This document shows, in pieces, positions 31,401-40,685 of a DNA stretch of 64,000 bases. This DNA is from a virus, in the IMG/VR virus record IMGVR_UViG_3300027878_000003, positions 2,992 through 66,991 of that record. The stretch is one strand, 5' to 3'. Position 1 is the stretch's first letter; every line of letters begins with the position of its first letter. Below the pieces are notes generated by a model, which worked only from the letters and a program-made list of their open reading frames with translations, searched no databases and was not told the origin of the DNA. Made by a program: the position numbers and the translations under genes.

Positions 31401-34400
31401 GGCAGCAGTCATCCGATCTTTTGCATAGACCTGGTAGTCAGAATGTCTGATGCGGAAAGGACCGACCCGAACAATTCGATCTTTCTCTTTTGAATCGTCT
31501 GCTTTTGCATTAGTATCGACCTTAAATCTCAGCCCAGTGTCAATGACTGCCTTTGAGATTGTCTGTGTAAACGCAGTAACCTTATCTCTTTGAGTGGAGT
31601 AATCTTTGCCCTCGACAATGCCTCTTGCTACGGACTCGCAGTTGGAGTCGAAACCCTGATAGGTAAAAGGAGTTCCAATGAGAGATTTTGCCCTAGCTAC
31701 AACTTCTTCTCCGCTCATTTTGATAGTGCCATCTCTTTTATGCATCTCGCTGGGCGGCACTTTCCTGTAAGCCGTCGCGTTCTTGTTAGCGTCTTTTGTC
31801 AATGGCTGCATCACAATCGTTGGAATTTTGTCGCTAATCTTTGGAGAACCCGTCGCGTGAACCAGCATGTGCTCCCCTGTCTCTGGATCTTTGCCAACAT
31901 AAACCCCGTAGTGTTGGCGGGTTCCCCATCCTGGAGCAGTAAAAGTCTTGGTGATTAAATCTCCGGGTTCAAGCTTGTCATATTCAGCCAGCGTGTTTGC
32001 GTCAGGAATACCATCATTAGGGGGAATTTGAGATCGATCAATCTCTACCTGACTGCGCTTCAGATCAACTGCAATTCCGGCAACTCCAGCTCCGGCGATC
32101 GCCAATGTAGTTACGCCTGCTAATGTGCCAATAGTCCGAAGGTTTTTCCTCTTAGCTTCTTGATTTATCAGGACTGACGGATCAAGATCTGAGCTTTCCA
32201 CCTGTTTTACGGGTTCCTTCTGCTCCTTAATCATTTCCGGGGCAGGATCGGCGGCGACGTTCCCGACATCACCCTTCAACCGCTGGCGAATTGTGGCTGT
32301 CGCTGCCTTTGCTTTTGGATCTGTAATTTTGATTCGGCAAGTCTTACCTTCTGCAATGCAAGCATCACCGCAAGCCTTGCCCTTGACACACTGGTCACCT
32401 TTGTCAGTCCGAGTTGATGCCACAACCGTTCTAAAGCCCATAACAAAAGCATCATTTCTAACATCCTCAGACTCGTTAAACTCTAGAACGTCATCACTTC
32501 CAATCGAGTAATCATAGGATTGAGAGCTAGTGACAAATTTCCCAACGATCGCATCATTCTTCCCTAGCGCAAAGGATGCAACGTTGACAGGACTACGAAT
32601 CCCTTCCTCTAGAATGGCAGCGATCGCTTTACGTATTGCTGATTGAGGGGCAGCGGCAGCGCTATCGGCGGCATCGGTTCTAGGCTGTTCTTTTTTAGCC
32701 GTGGTTGACGCTTCTCCCTCGACAGGTCCGCCCGACATGGCTGACAAGAGCACCATCAAATATTTTTTGTACATCTCCTTGCGAACTAATGGAGCCGAGC
32801 CAGGGAACTTCTTGGCTATTTGCTCAACTAGATCAGAGAATTCTTCAGGCGATCGCAGTCCCTCAGTTTTGGGGTCAATTACAGCATCCCAACTCGCGCT
32901 CAGCAAGTCGTCATTGGATGGCTTCGCTACGTCAGCCGCATCCTTTCTTTCCTTGGAATCAGCCTTAGCAGAAGTCTCCATTTTTTTGAGAGCTTCTACC
33001 ATCTCTTGAGCAGTCATCGCTTTTTTGTTTTTTCTATCTTCCTTATAGCCACTCCAATGCAGGCGTTTGTTACCAATCTTGACGATGGTACGCTTGTCAT
33101 TCTGCTTGTCAGTGCCATCATCAAGCCCAAACTTAAGAGCAGTATCAGTGAAGATCTCCGATGCTGTTCTGGTAAAGTTTGTGATGTGTTTGCCTTGAAC
33201 ATCATAGGCTTCACCCTCAACCATGCCCCGAGCGAAAACTTCGCAGCTTGAGGTGAATCCTTTGTAAGTAAAAGGTTTGTCAACCATTGCCAAAGACCGT
33301 TTGACAATTTCTTCTCTAGAATAAATCTTGCCCTTGCCCTTCAATTCTTCTTCTGGCACCTTCGCATAGTCGCTATGCCCCTTTTCCGCCTCTTTGGTTA
33401 GCGGGTTAATTTGCACATCAACTCGGCTCTTGTCATCCTTGCCAAAGTTAGTCTCAACCATCATGTGTTCACCCGTCTTCGGGTCTTTACCCATATAGAC
33501 TGAGTAGTGCTCAACCCGAAGCCCACCGAACCCTTTACCACCCCCTACACCGATAGACTTGCGGATCAGATCCCCAGGCTTAAAAGTGTCATAGGTCTTC
33601 AACGTTTCTTCGTCAGGCTTCCCATCTTCCGTTACCCGAAAGTTGTACTGTCCGTAGTCTGTACCCGCTTTTTTGACATCATTGGCAATGACACCAACGG
33701 CGGCTGTTGCCAATACTGCTGCCGTCACACCTGCACCAATGCCACCGACTGTAAGAGCCTTTGACCACTGGCTTTTGCCAATAGGAGTCTGAGGCGATTT
33801 CTCTGCTGATTGCTCATCAGCCTTGGCTGGGGTGTCGCTTGTTTTCGCCTTTACTGGAGTCTCCTTCTTTGGAGCCTCTTTAGCTGGGGCACTGGCTGGA
33901 GCAATCTTCTCTGAGGTTGGTTTAGCAGGCGTAGCGGTTGCTGTTTGTCCTCCCTCTTGTTGAATCGCCGATCGCACTTTGCCAAACTTATCGGCAAGCT
34001 CTTTGGGCATGGCAACTTTGCACTCTAGTCCTTCGGCAATGCAGGCTGCACCGCAAGCCTTACCCTTGACACAGCGATCGCCATCAAAGCGGAACGTTAC
34101 GCCTGCGCTCCGAACACCTGCGCTCCGAACGCCTGCTAGGAAGGCATCGGCTCTAACGTCTTTAGACTCGTTGTATCGAATCTCGTTTTTGGTATTAATT
34201 TCGTAGTCAAAGACTTGACCTGACGTGGAGAACCGACCCAAAATGTTGCCTTGCGGATCAGCCCTATAAGAAATGATGCGAACAGGCTCACGAATTCCCG
34301 CCTCAATCGTGACAGCAAGAGCCTTGTTGATAGCCTGCTTGGATGTAGGGGGGCGGCTCTGCCCAGCAGGTGGCTGAGTAGATTGCTGTGCGGGTTTTGC

Positions 34401-34424
34401 CGATGCCGGAGCGGTTGTCACCAT
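28497..34424 (-). CDS. 1975-aa modular polyprotein: 2x [N-domain, Cys4, hydrophobic helix, LRAT/NlpC-P60-like], 5x WVxDxRVxGGxYLRK modules, coiled coil
   Basis: PGDLI..HY(S/G)VY.G..EE(I/V)V.R...FTY.GF.S(S/N)CE twice; repeats visible in the translation; lies inside the head gene cluster. Confidence 0.85.
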   Translation of the reverse strand: MVTTAPASAKPAQQSTQPPAGQSRPPTSKQAINKALAVTIEAGIREPVRIISYRADPQGNILGRFSTSGQVFDYEINTKNEIRYNESKDVRADAFLAGVRSAGVRSAGVTFRFDGDRCVKGKACGAACIAEGLECKVAMPKELADKFGKVRSAIQQEGGQTATATPAKPTSEKIAPASAPAKEAPKKETPVKAKTSDTPAKADEQSAEKSPQTPIGKSQWSKALTVGGIGAGVTAAVLATAAVGVIANDVKKAGTDYGQYNFRVTEDGKPDEETLKTYDTFKPGDLIRKSIGVGGGKGFGGLRVEHYSVYMGKDPKTGEHMMVETNFGKDDKSRVDVQINPLTKEAEKGHSDYAKVPEEELKGKGKIYSREEIVKRSLAMVDKPFTYKGFTSSCEVFARGMVEGEAYDVQGKHITNFTRTASEIFTDTALKFGLDDGTDKQNDKRTIVKIGNKRLHWSGYKEDRKNKKAMTAQEMVEALKKMETSAKADSKERKDAADVAKPSNDDLLSASWDAVIDPKTEGLRSPEEFSDLVEQIAKKFPGSAPLVRKEMYKKYLMVLLSAMSGGPVEGEASTTAKKEQPRTDAADSAAAAPQSAIRKAIAAILEEGIRSPVNVASFALGKNDAIVGKFVTSSQSYDYSIGSDDVLEFNESEDVRNDAFVMGFRTVVASTRTDKGDQCVKGKACGDACIAEGKTCRIKITDPKAKAATATIRQRLKGDVGNVAADPAPEMIKEQKEPVKQVESSDLDPSVLINQEAKRKNLRTIGTLAGVTTLAIAGAGVAGIAVDLKRSQVEIDRSQIPPNDGIPDANTLAEYDKLEPGDLITKTFTAPGWGTRQHYGVYVGKDPETGEHMLVHATGSPKISDKIPTIVMQPLTKDANKNATAYRKVPPSEMHKRDGTIKMSGEEVVARAKSLIGTPFTYQGFDSNCESVARGIVEGKDYSTQRDKVTAFTQTISKAVIDTGLRFKVDTNAKADDSKEKDRIVRVGPFRIRHSDYQVYAKDRMTAAQAVEHLKKNPPKPKDRVDSADRVSDSVSRSEAFNATIDPATQELRSPEDYGALAEEFAVLYPSLADSIRVGMYKNYLMVLMTTLASKSPELPTPESMDKPMKTERKDSGEAQAQMILDLVLADRPDAFIAGAINLRTDAADGAPPGFTWVQDSRVEGGRYLRKKSHSKAIVAGAAVIGSAAVIGGAAKGILISNHLRSESKKEFQKQHDAASAAKNDPSEEETSKKPPSARSSGTRPKAATEATSRVNLENDSNSKDKTIDVKSKRVDSKDSAPAGHVWVKDSRVEGGRYLRKKRGGTALKVAGLIGGGIVTGGVLGAAVGARAILAGKIDADKEIRSKARSPQTPPNAAAKASVNLEHDEAVKGETIEVKSKRVDSKDAAPAGYVWVHDSRVKGGKYLRKSNGGVQGKGDKSWNAAKGRELQKQEEAEWEDEYGETPAEESRRRRRVAVGAGLFSVGVLGATALLAKNAHDKANRTDSKDAAPAGHVWVLDARVKGGKYLRKLKSKVDRLNKRVDSTDGAPPGHTWVNDRRVKGGRYLRKLDPNRPKKDDGDDSGSTPGNQRLNGAIAETIKRQSSSGGAIAAAIGIGGAIGVAGVGGALAGKWWADNKISATTAKAKAESEEELTRQESRIRKEEEAKTKKAVDTATAETTQKLSDEFETQKKDILSGESNPEQAAKLKQLESDHEEAKKRIVDMEQGQAKAIAATRKEIKKEFMTTYKSRTAQMEKDFEAKANDLKVKGEEEVARRTGEAASVIERNALQRIEVQRQEAVKSTQEQIQAERDKMAAGSTVKGALASNSKEGVAFATSVRRGLDLSVVTPANLEQRVTKAVGKLAQDRYSEELSGLSQPFKERAKEIREMPTRGSQKKWQAMEHALIAQGNREKSLAIAVDEIKAKSQENHQRLLRVFHAEVRSKGGHSDLLVKKADQAMTMLNRAMQKEIDEAVARVSQEHPLDKAFLGQKRTE

Positions 34425-34426
34425 AA

Positions 34427-34849
34427 TTAGTTCTCTAAATCCAAAACGTGGTCTTGCAAAATCTCAACGATCGCCGTCTTCAACTTGATACCTACACCCA
34501 TGAAGGGGCGGGTCTTTTGGTTCTTCTTGGCGTACTTAACATTGGTGCCCACCACCACGCGATCGTCGTCAGCCTGATAGCTAATGCTCGCTCGCATCCT
34601 GCCTGTGGACTGGAGAATCTTCAGAATCCTACTGTTCTCCTTCTTCCAGTTGATGGTGGCTTGGCTCAATGGTGCCCAGGCGATGCCGTAGGGGTCTGTT
34701 TCCGTCTCAAAGCCCTCATCAAACTGGAGCAAAGCCTCTTCCCCAATATCCACAAAAGCAGAGCGCAACCGTCCAGCTTTGGACAATTTCGCTATGAGGC
34801 TCTGCACTTCAGAGCTATCAAATTCAGCAGAGATAATCGGCTCAGTCAT
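34427..34849 (-). CDS. Phage virion morphogenesis protein (Mu gpG-like)
   Basis: FETETDPYGIAWAPLS..KILQSTGRMRASI..VGTNVKYA..RPFMG; likely start MTEP. Confidence 0.85.
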   Translation of the reverse strand: MTEPIISAEFDSSEVQSLIAKLSKAGRLRSAFVDIGEEALLQFDEGFETETDPYGIAWAPLSQATINWKKENSRILKILQSTGRMRASISYQADDDRVVVGTNVKYAKKNQKTRPFMGVGIKLKTAIVEILQDHVLDLEN

Positions 34850-34949
34850 GGGCACAGCGAGAAATCTTCTCCCTAGAATGCCCAGACCAGTAGCGTCGGT
34901 AGAATTATGCCAATTCTCTCCGAATGGCCACATAAACGCGATCGCCCCT

Positions 34950-35177
34950 CTAGTTCTGTTTAACCACATAGCCACTGCCCATGCGATCGAGTGAAATAAT
35001 GTTCCCAACATTCCCACAGGATTTCAAGGCGTACTCTTCTACCGTTCCGCCGTAGGTTGCTTTACGAGCAGCGTATTCCACGATAAATTCTGGGGCTTCT
35101 CCAGCGGTAATGAGATCGCCCTCAACGGTGAAAGAATTGGTAACTTTGTGGTTTTCTAGAACGTTAAATGTCGTCAT
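34950..35177 (-). CDS. Small protein, candidate immunity gene for the MuF toxin
   Basis: 75 aa, GGAG RBS, starts about 10 nt after the MuF stop. Confidence 0.5.
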   Translation of the reverse strand: MTTFNVLENHKVTNSFTVEGDLITAGEAPEFIVEYAARKATYGGTVEEYALKSCGNVGNIISLDRMGSGYVVKQN

Positions 35178-35186
35178 TTTTCTCCG

Positions 35187-36869
35187 TCAGTCCGTCAGTG
35201 GCTTGAGTAACTTAATCAGATTCAGGCTTTTTTCATGATTGTATTTAATATTGCGCTCGTTGATGGTCTGTCTGTCCTGCATGTCAGCCTGAATCTTAGA
35301 TGACTTGTCAAAGCCTCCAGAAGAAGCGGCATTGGCGTGGAGCTTTAGTCGATTGGAGATCGACTCTGGGCTATTCTCTTGAGTCAGCTTTTCCAAGGAA
35401 GAAACCAAAACTTTTAAGTTCTTGGTTCTACCCATTATTAAAGCCTGCATCTCTGCTTCACCGCAGTCACGGAGGGCAAAGTCTATTTCCGCAGCAGTTG
35501 CGTCCTTAAACGCAAACCCATGATCAATGCCGTGATATCCCTTCTTTGGATCGTAAAATAGGTTCCCTGAATGGCGATCGGAATTCCCCGTAAAGATATC
35601 CAAAGCCATAATTTTTGCTAGGTCTGGGTGTTGTAAGGCTCGCCCAAAAGAATCCCTGTTTTGCGTTGGCGTACCCCCCAAGGAGAGGGACATTCTAGCG
35701 TTAGCCCCTTGATGAATTTTATTGCACTGAATCCCTGGAACCAGCTCATGAAGCGAAGCTCCCCTTCCTTTCAAATGGATTAGATTGGGCGCTTGTGGGA
35801 CGATACGAACTTGGTTGACCTTAGCTCCAATTGATGTCCCCATCTCAGCTACCAGCACTTCAGCCGCAGTCTGGTGGGGGGAACCAACCTTAAATACCCT
35901 TCGCTTCTGATGTTGATCCTCCACATAGAACGATTTGTTGACTCCATTTGAATGGCGAGGATCATTAACCTTAGACATCCCAGACATCTCTTGCTTAGAC
36001 ACAAATGGCGATATCTTCTCAGGAGTCTTGGCATTCTTTTGACGGCGATAGTAGCCGCCATTTTCAACGGATCTGTCATCCACCCAGATCCGGCGATCGT
36101 CCGATCGCTCTGAGTCTTGCCGATCGCCCCCCATCAGCCCCTTATCCTTCATATCCTTCCTAACTTCCTCAGCCAGCTCTGGGGAAAGCCTGCTGATTCC
36201 TTGCTCTAAAACCTCTTGCCGTTCTGATTCAGGCGTTGTGCCAGGGGCGCGACGGAATCCTTTCTGTGCCACCGTACTTGGGTCAGGCGGCATCCCCACC
36301 GACAAACCTCTTGCCGCAAGATGGCGATCGCCAATACTAAATGCACGGCATTTGCAGCCATATCCGCAAGGTGGGTAAGCCATCTCCCAGAACGGATCAT
36401 CAGCTCGAAATACTTGATTGTGCAGCTCCAAGTGATGCATTCGAGGACTAGGGGAATCGCCATGCTTCCACATCCAATAGGGACGCTTGCTCAGAACGTC
36501 TGGGTCACGCATTTGTATCAGTCTGCCTGCACCGTAACTCCGGCGTATAGGCGTTTCAAAAATGATTCTCATCCGCCAGTCTGAGGGTCCGGCTGGTAAT
36601 GGTTCAGGAGTCCAGCCCCGCCGCCGCACCAATCGTTTGAACTGCTTATTGAACGTCTCAAAGGAATACCCTTCCGCGATCGCCTGTTCAATCAACCATC
36701 GCATTGACTCTAATAAGTCAGCGCGAGTTAACCCCGCGATCGTGTAGGCAAAGTCATGCTGCGATGCATCAAACTGCTTCCAGTTCTCTGTAGGGACAGA
36801 CAGCTTTTTGCGAAAATACTCAAGGGCTTCCTTGGGCAGCAGCTTTAGATAGTCAGGGGTGGGAGGCAT
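35187..36869 (-). CDS. MuF head protein with C-terminal HipA/PI3-4K-like kinase
   Basis: MuF: AYTIAGL..RPYW..PRMHH..FW..YPPCGYGCKC. Kinase: VFK, AAEVL, DIFTGNSDRHSGN, IDHG. Confidence 0.88.
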   Translation of the reverse strand: MPPTPDYLKLLPKEALEYFRKKLSVPTENWKQFDASQHDFAYTIAGLTRADLLESMRWLIEQAIAEGYSFETFNKQFKRLVRRRGWTPEPLPAGPSDWRMRIIFETPIRRSYGAGRLIQMRDPDVLSKRPYWMWKHGDSPSPRMHHLELHNQVFRADDPFWEMAYPPCGYGCKCRAFSIGDRHLAARGLSVGMPPDPSTVAQKGFRRAPGTTPESERQEVLEQGISRLSPELAEEVRKDMKDKGLMGGDRQDSERSDDRRIWVDDRSVENGGYYRRQKNAKTPEKISPFVSKQEMSGMSKVNDPRHSNGVNKSFYVEDQHQKRRVFKVGSPHQTAAEVLVAEMGTSIGAKVNQVRIVPQAPNLIHLKGRGASLHELVPGIQCNKIHQGANARMSLSLGGTPTQNRDSFGRALQHPDLAKIMALDIFTGNSDRHSGNLFYDPKKGYHGIDHGFAFKDATAAEIDFALRDCGEAEMQALIMGRTKNLKVLVSSLEKLTQENSPESISNRLKLHANAASSGGFDKSSKIQADMQDRQTINERNIKYNHEKSLNLIKLLKPLTD

Positions 36870-36898
36870 GGCAAACTATTTTCCTTACGATTCCCGCA

Positions 36899-37561
36899 TC
36901 ATGGATCTTTGGCATCGGCTGGACGCTTAAACTTAATTCCCAGCGCCTCTTGATAGGCATCAGAGTTTTCTTCCTTCCATGCCGCAAAGTCTCCCGCCAG
37001 GTTCTCAGTCTGTCGCTCCTCTGGGTCACGGCGAAGTTCATTAACGTGTGCCTGGAATCGGTCTAATGATTCGGCATCCAACGTGTCTAAAATCTTAAAT
37101 GCTTCGGTCACGGTAAAAGCCACCGACAGCGAAGCCAAAACATCCATCTCTGGATTACCGCAGGATGGCACCATGCGATCGAGCGAGTCATCCGTCTGCT
37201 GCCAATTAGGTACAGGCAACGGCTCAAACTGTAGCAACTCGACTAACTGACAACACTTATATTGCTCTCCCTCAATCTGAAATAGAAACAACCGTTCAAG
37301 CTGTTCTATATCGCTGCGTATGGGTTCCAGGTCAAAGCCTTTTTGTCCTGGAATTTCATAGCGCGTCATCAGATTGGCGATCGCCTGGAACACAGACCAA
37401 GTGCCCTGGTCTGCCACCATTTTGCTAGTCTGCTGTTCTGCTGCTATCCATCGTTCCTGCAAAATCTGAAGCAAGGCTTCCAGTGCCCCCAAAGAGGAAC
37501 GAGAAACCTTGCCGATTAACGCAATTTGACCATCTAAATAGTCAACCCGCAGATATTTCAT
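36899..37561 (-). CDS. Possible tail assembly chaperone
   Basis: Downstream of the tail-tube-like gene; synteny only. Confidence 0.4.
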   Translation of the reverse strand: MKYLRVDYLDGQIALIGKVSRSSLGALEALLQILQERWIAAEQQTSKMVADQGTWSVFQAIANLMTRYEIPGQKGFDLEPIRSDIEQLERLFLFQIEGEQYKCCQLVELLQFEPLPVPNWQQTDDSLDRMVPSCGNPEMDVLASLSVAFTVTEAFKILDTLDAESLDRFQAHVNELRRDPEERQTENLAGDFAAWKEENSDAYQEALGIKFKRPADAKDP

Positions 37562-37779
37562 TGCCTAATCTGAATCCAGAACTTAACATAGGCATCAGGA
37601 TTATCTGCTGCCACACCAAACGCGACACCGACTAGATCCTCAACGGGCACATCACCTTCGCTGGCAATCTGCACTACGCAACCCGGAATTACAAAATTAC
37701 GAGTGTATTGAGTTTTGGTTTCAGCGATCGCCTCGGGTTTAGCTAATCGTCTGGGGTTTTGTCTCTTTGGAGTTGCCAT
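37558..37779 (-). CDS. Hypothetical protein
   Basis: 73-aa ORF overlapping the next start. Confidence 0.55.
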   Translation of the reverse strand: MATPKRQNPRRLAKPEAIAETKTQYTRNFVIPGCVVQIASEGDVPVEDLVGVAFGVAADNPDAYVKFWIQIRQ

Positions 37780-37815
37780 GTTGAGGGAGGTTAGTACAGT
37801 TCTAGTTCAATTCAC

Positions 37816-38616
37816 CTAAACGCACTTACGTCGTTGAGCTTGACCCTTGTAGATGACCTTGTAAGGTAGGCAGTCAGAGCCATCATCTTGAACCCGGAAG
37901 GACAGAGACATCTTGGCATCGGCTGTGTTGATTTCTCCCTCATCCAATTTCACCGAGACGCTGGGGAATTCCCATTGCAGCAAGGTGCGATCGGTCATGA
38001 TTGTCAGCATTGTCAAACTGAAGCTGCTGAAGTCTTCTTCTGTGAGGACGATCGCACTAGCCAGTTGATGTGGGAAGGAGTAAGCAACGTAGGTGTTGAT
38101 CAGGTTGGTTGACCACTTCTGCGCGTTGTTTGCGCCCTGAGCATAGGAGAAAGGAATAGCGGCATCAAAGGAGCCAAAGGGCTGACGAGTTAAGTTGCTG
38201 GTCAAGTCATTGGAAAGCAGTGCTGTTGCTAATGAGTTGGTTTGGTCAGCAGGCATTCCGAACCCTTCATAGCCTGCCTGAGCCGGGGCGTATTCGCCCT
38301 TAGTAATGAGTAGACCATTGCTGACGACCTTAGTGTCAACATTGGCTTCTGACTGAAACTCCAAACCTAACTGCATCCCAATCAATTGCAGGCTGGTCTG
38401 GTTCCAATCTAATTTCACTTCAGGCTTACGAGCTTGGGTATAGGTGTCTAAAACCACCATCTCGCCTAAGCGAGAGTTACCTTCAATGACGATGACTTCT
38501 TGCCCAGGAGAGAACACTCCGCCCGATGCCGTGGGTAACACCAATAGGCTACCGCTAGGGGATTTCAGAACTGCGTCTGTCATCCCTTTGATTGTCTTGT
38601 ATAACTGTTTTGCCAT
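37816..38616 (-). CDS. Major tail (tube)-like protein
   Basis: Beta-rich 266 aa ending WEFPSVSV..GEI..MSLSFRV. Confidence 0.55.
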   Translation of the reverse strand: MAKQLYKTIKGMTDAVLKSPSGSLLVLPTASGGVFSPGQEVIVIEGNSRLGEMVVLDTYTQARKPEVKLDWNQTSLQLIGMQLGLEFQSEANVDTKVVSNGLLITKGEYAPAQAGYEGFGMPADQTNSLATALLSNDLTSNLTRQPFGSFDAAIPFSYAQGANNAQKWSTNLINTYVAYSFPHQLASAIVLTEEDFSSFSLTMLTIMTDRTLLQWEFPSVSVKLDEGEINTADAKMSLSFRVQDDGSDCLPYKVIYKGQAQRRKCV

Positions 38617-38680
38617 GAATCTATCCTGCTAATACAAAGAATGTGGAATTGAAACAATCAAATAACCCAGCGATCGCTCG

Positions 38681-39268
38681 TTAGGCGCGGGGGATTCTTG
38701 CCGCTGTCAGCACCTGGTCAAAGTTGATAGCAAACGACATGGCTTGACCTGCAACGAGGGTGTTGCTATCAGCCACTACGTTGTCTTTGCCAGAACCATC
38801 AGCGTTATTAGCCTTAGAGCCATCAAATCCGTGAAGTTGAATCGAAACATTGACGACGCTGCTAGACGACGGCATGGTATGCGTTATGACCAACTCATAA
38901 AGCGCTAGGTCAATCAAGGGAGGCGTAACGGTCAATGCCGCAGAACCACTAGCACTAGCATTGGCACTGACTGTTGCGGCATGAGGCGTAACGGTCAAAT
39001 TAATTGCTGTGATGGTGCCAGTGACTTGGGTGCTGGCGATCGCATCACCTAGCCGTAGCCTGGTTAGATCCGCAGCCGTGATTTGATTGGAGGCGTTAAC
39101 CGCCGTCACCGTCAGGGCAAATGGAGCCGGGGTAAGGTTTTCACGAGCCACGCGGAAGCGTAGGGTGTTGTCTGTGTCATTTTCAATAGCAGGCTCAGCA
39201 ATCAACGCCACGGGCAAAGCCTGAGCGGTTTGTTGCAGAGATCGTGATCCAGTCAGGTTTACGGGCAT
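38681..39268 (-). CDS. Putative structural protein
   Basis: Likely start MPVNL at 39268, preceded by GGGAATTCTG (39293-39302); Thr/Ala/Val-rich. Confidence 0.6.
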   Translation of the reverse strand: MPVNLTGSRSLQQTAQALPVALIAEPAIENDTDNTLRFRVARENLTPAPFALTVTAVNASNQITAADLTRLRLGDAIASTQVTGTITAINLTVTPHAATVSANASASGSAALTVTPPLIDLALYELVITHTMPSSSSVVNVSIQLHGFDGSKANNADGSGKDNVVADSNTLVAGQAMSFAINFDQVLTAARIPRA

Positions 39269-39559
39269 AGTGGATTCTGAGATACTTTCCTTCAGAATTC
39301 CCAAGCCCGTCGATTCATTTGAATTAGCTAAGAAGTGGGAAGCCTCACACCATAATCTTTGATTTGGTGTGAGATGAAAGCGTGTGAGTGAGGGTGCGTT
39401 GCCTGACCAATGCGAAGCGAGGGAAGGCAACAGTGACCGAGCGAACAGTTATCTTCTGGGCTATAATAGAACGACAGCAACACTTCAACTGTTGCCTAGC
39501 AGGTTGATTTTCTTCCAGTGAAATGTCTGATAAGCCTCTGATTTGCGACATTGCGATCT

Positions 39560-39733
39560 CAAACAAGCGTCTCCGTTGCATCGCTCACGAATAGAATGAA
39601 AAACATTTGAATATTCAAAGTGGCGTTGGGCATCGCGTCACTATAAAATGCTCCAGTCCGGTTCATCGTAGAACGACTTTCCGGTGGGAGAAGCCTACTC
39701 TGTATGCGAAGCATCAGTGTAGGAGTATGTCAC
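39560..39733 (+). mobile_element. IS200/IS605-family right-end remnant (orphan omega-RNA/MITE-like); left boundary uncertain
   Basis: AGAAGCCTACTCTGTATGCGAAGCATCAGTGTAGGAGTATGTCAC end hairpin, preceded by a tnpB-tail-like trace (aatattcaaagtggcgttgggcat, NI..GVGH). Confidence 0.55.
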
Positions 39734-39790
39734 CTTGATTTGTGCGACATTAATCTGGAACTGCGACATTAATCTGCGAACCTGCGATCG

Positions 39791-40465
39791 CTAGACAATG
39801 TACTGGGAGCGTTCAGCCCAATAGCCGTTGTAAGCAGTCTCGATCACTAAGCACCAAAACTCGTCAGTTTCTTCCATCAGCCAATGCCCATGGATCTGCA
39901 TTGTAAAGAAGGAAGCCAAGGCATTGTTGGCATAGATAGAGCAAGCATCAGCTTGCGCTTCTGACTCCATCTTCTTTATCTCCGCCTCCTTCTTACGTCC
40001 CAGGCGAAGGAATGTTCCGCCCCAGGTTCTTTGAGACGGATGGCTCAAGTCAACCTGAATACAAAACACCAGATGGCAAGGGCTAGTCGTACTATGACGT
40101 TTCTGCACCCACGCCCAAAACTGATGGGTGTTCGCTTTCTCCACTCGGAGCGCTGCCAGTGCGCCTGGAGTTTTCCGCAGATGCTCCGATCTAAGGACAA
40201 CTCGGTAGAGAGGGTCTTTGGGCAAAACACCGAAAAACTCGGACGTGATGCACCCACTAATCTTCCCCACGAAGGGGAACCTTCGATCGGCACAAAGCGC
40301 CTGGTATTGTTGTGGGTGCGAGGGCGAGGGCGATCGCCGGGGAAGCCGCTTGATTGTGGGTTTGACTTCATTAGCATATAGAAAAAGAAATTCAGCAATC
40401 TTACTTGCCAAGTAGTTTGAGAGAGGCATTGATTTTGTCCGTGGGACTAACGCGAATAATGGCAA
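39791..40465 (-). CDS. Hypothetical protein
   Basis: 224-aa ORF; start uncertain. Confidence 0.5.
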   Translation of the reverse strand: MPLFALVPRTKSMPLSNYLASKIAEFLFLYANEVKPTIKRLPRRSPSPSHPQQYQALCADRRFPFVGKISGCITSEFFGVLPKDPLYRVVLRSEHLRKTPGALAALRVEKANTHQFWAWVQKRHSTTSPCHLVFCIQVDLSHPSQRTWGGTFLRLGRKKEAEIKKMESEAQADACSIYANNALASFFTMQIHGHWLMEETDEFWCLVIETAYNGYWAERSQYIV

Positions 40466-40685
40466 TGCCCCCTGCCGCCGTCGAAATCCATTGCAATGCT
40501 TGAAATGGCGTAAAGCTATCTTGAGCGGACTGTCGTGCTGCTGGAATCAACACCAGCAAAAGAACAGAAATTTGCAAGACAATTTCTATGGGAGCAATCC
40601 GAACTCCAAACAAATAAACCCCATCAGAAGCACGGTTGGGACAAGAGGCAGGACAAATTGGATCGGATTTCGGCTCGTTTTCCAT
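40401..40685 (-). CDS. Small two-TM membrane protein
   Basis: Two hydrophobic segments. Confidence 0.55.
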   Translation of the reverse strand: MENEPKSDPICPASCPNRASDGVYLFGVRIAPIEIVLQISVLLLVLIPAARQSAQDSFTPFQALQWISTAAGGIAIIRVSPTDKINASLKLLGK

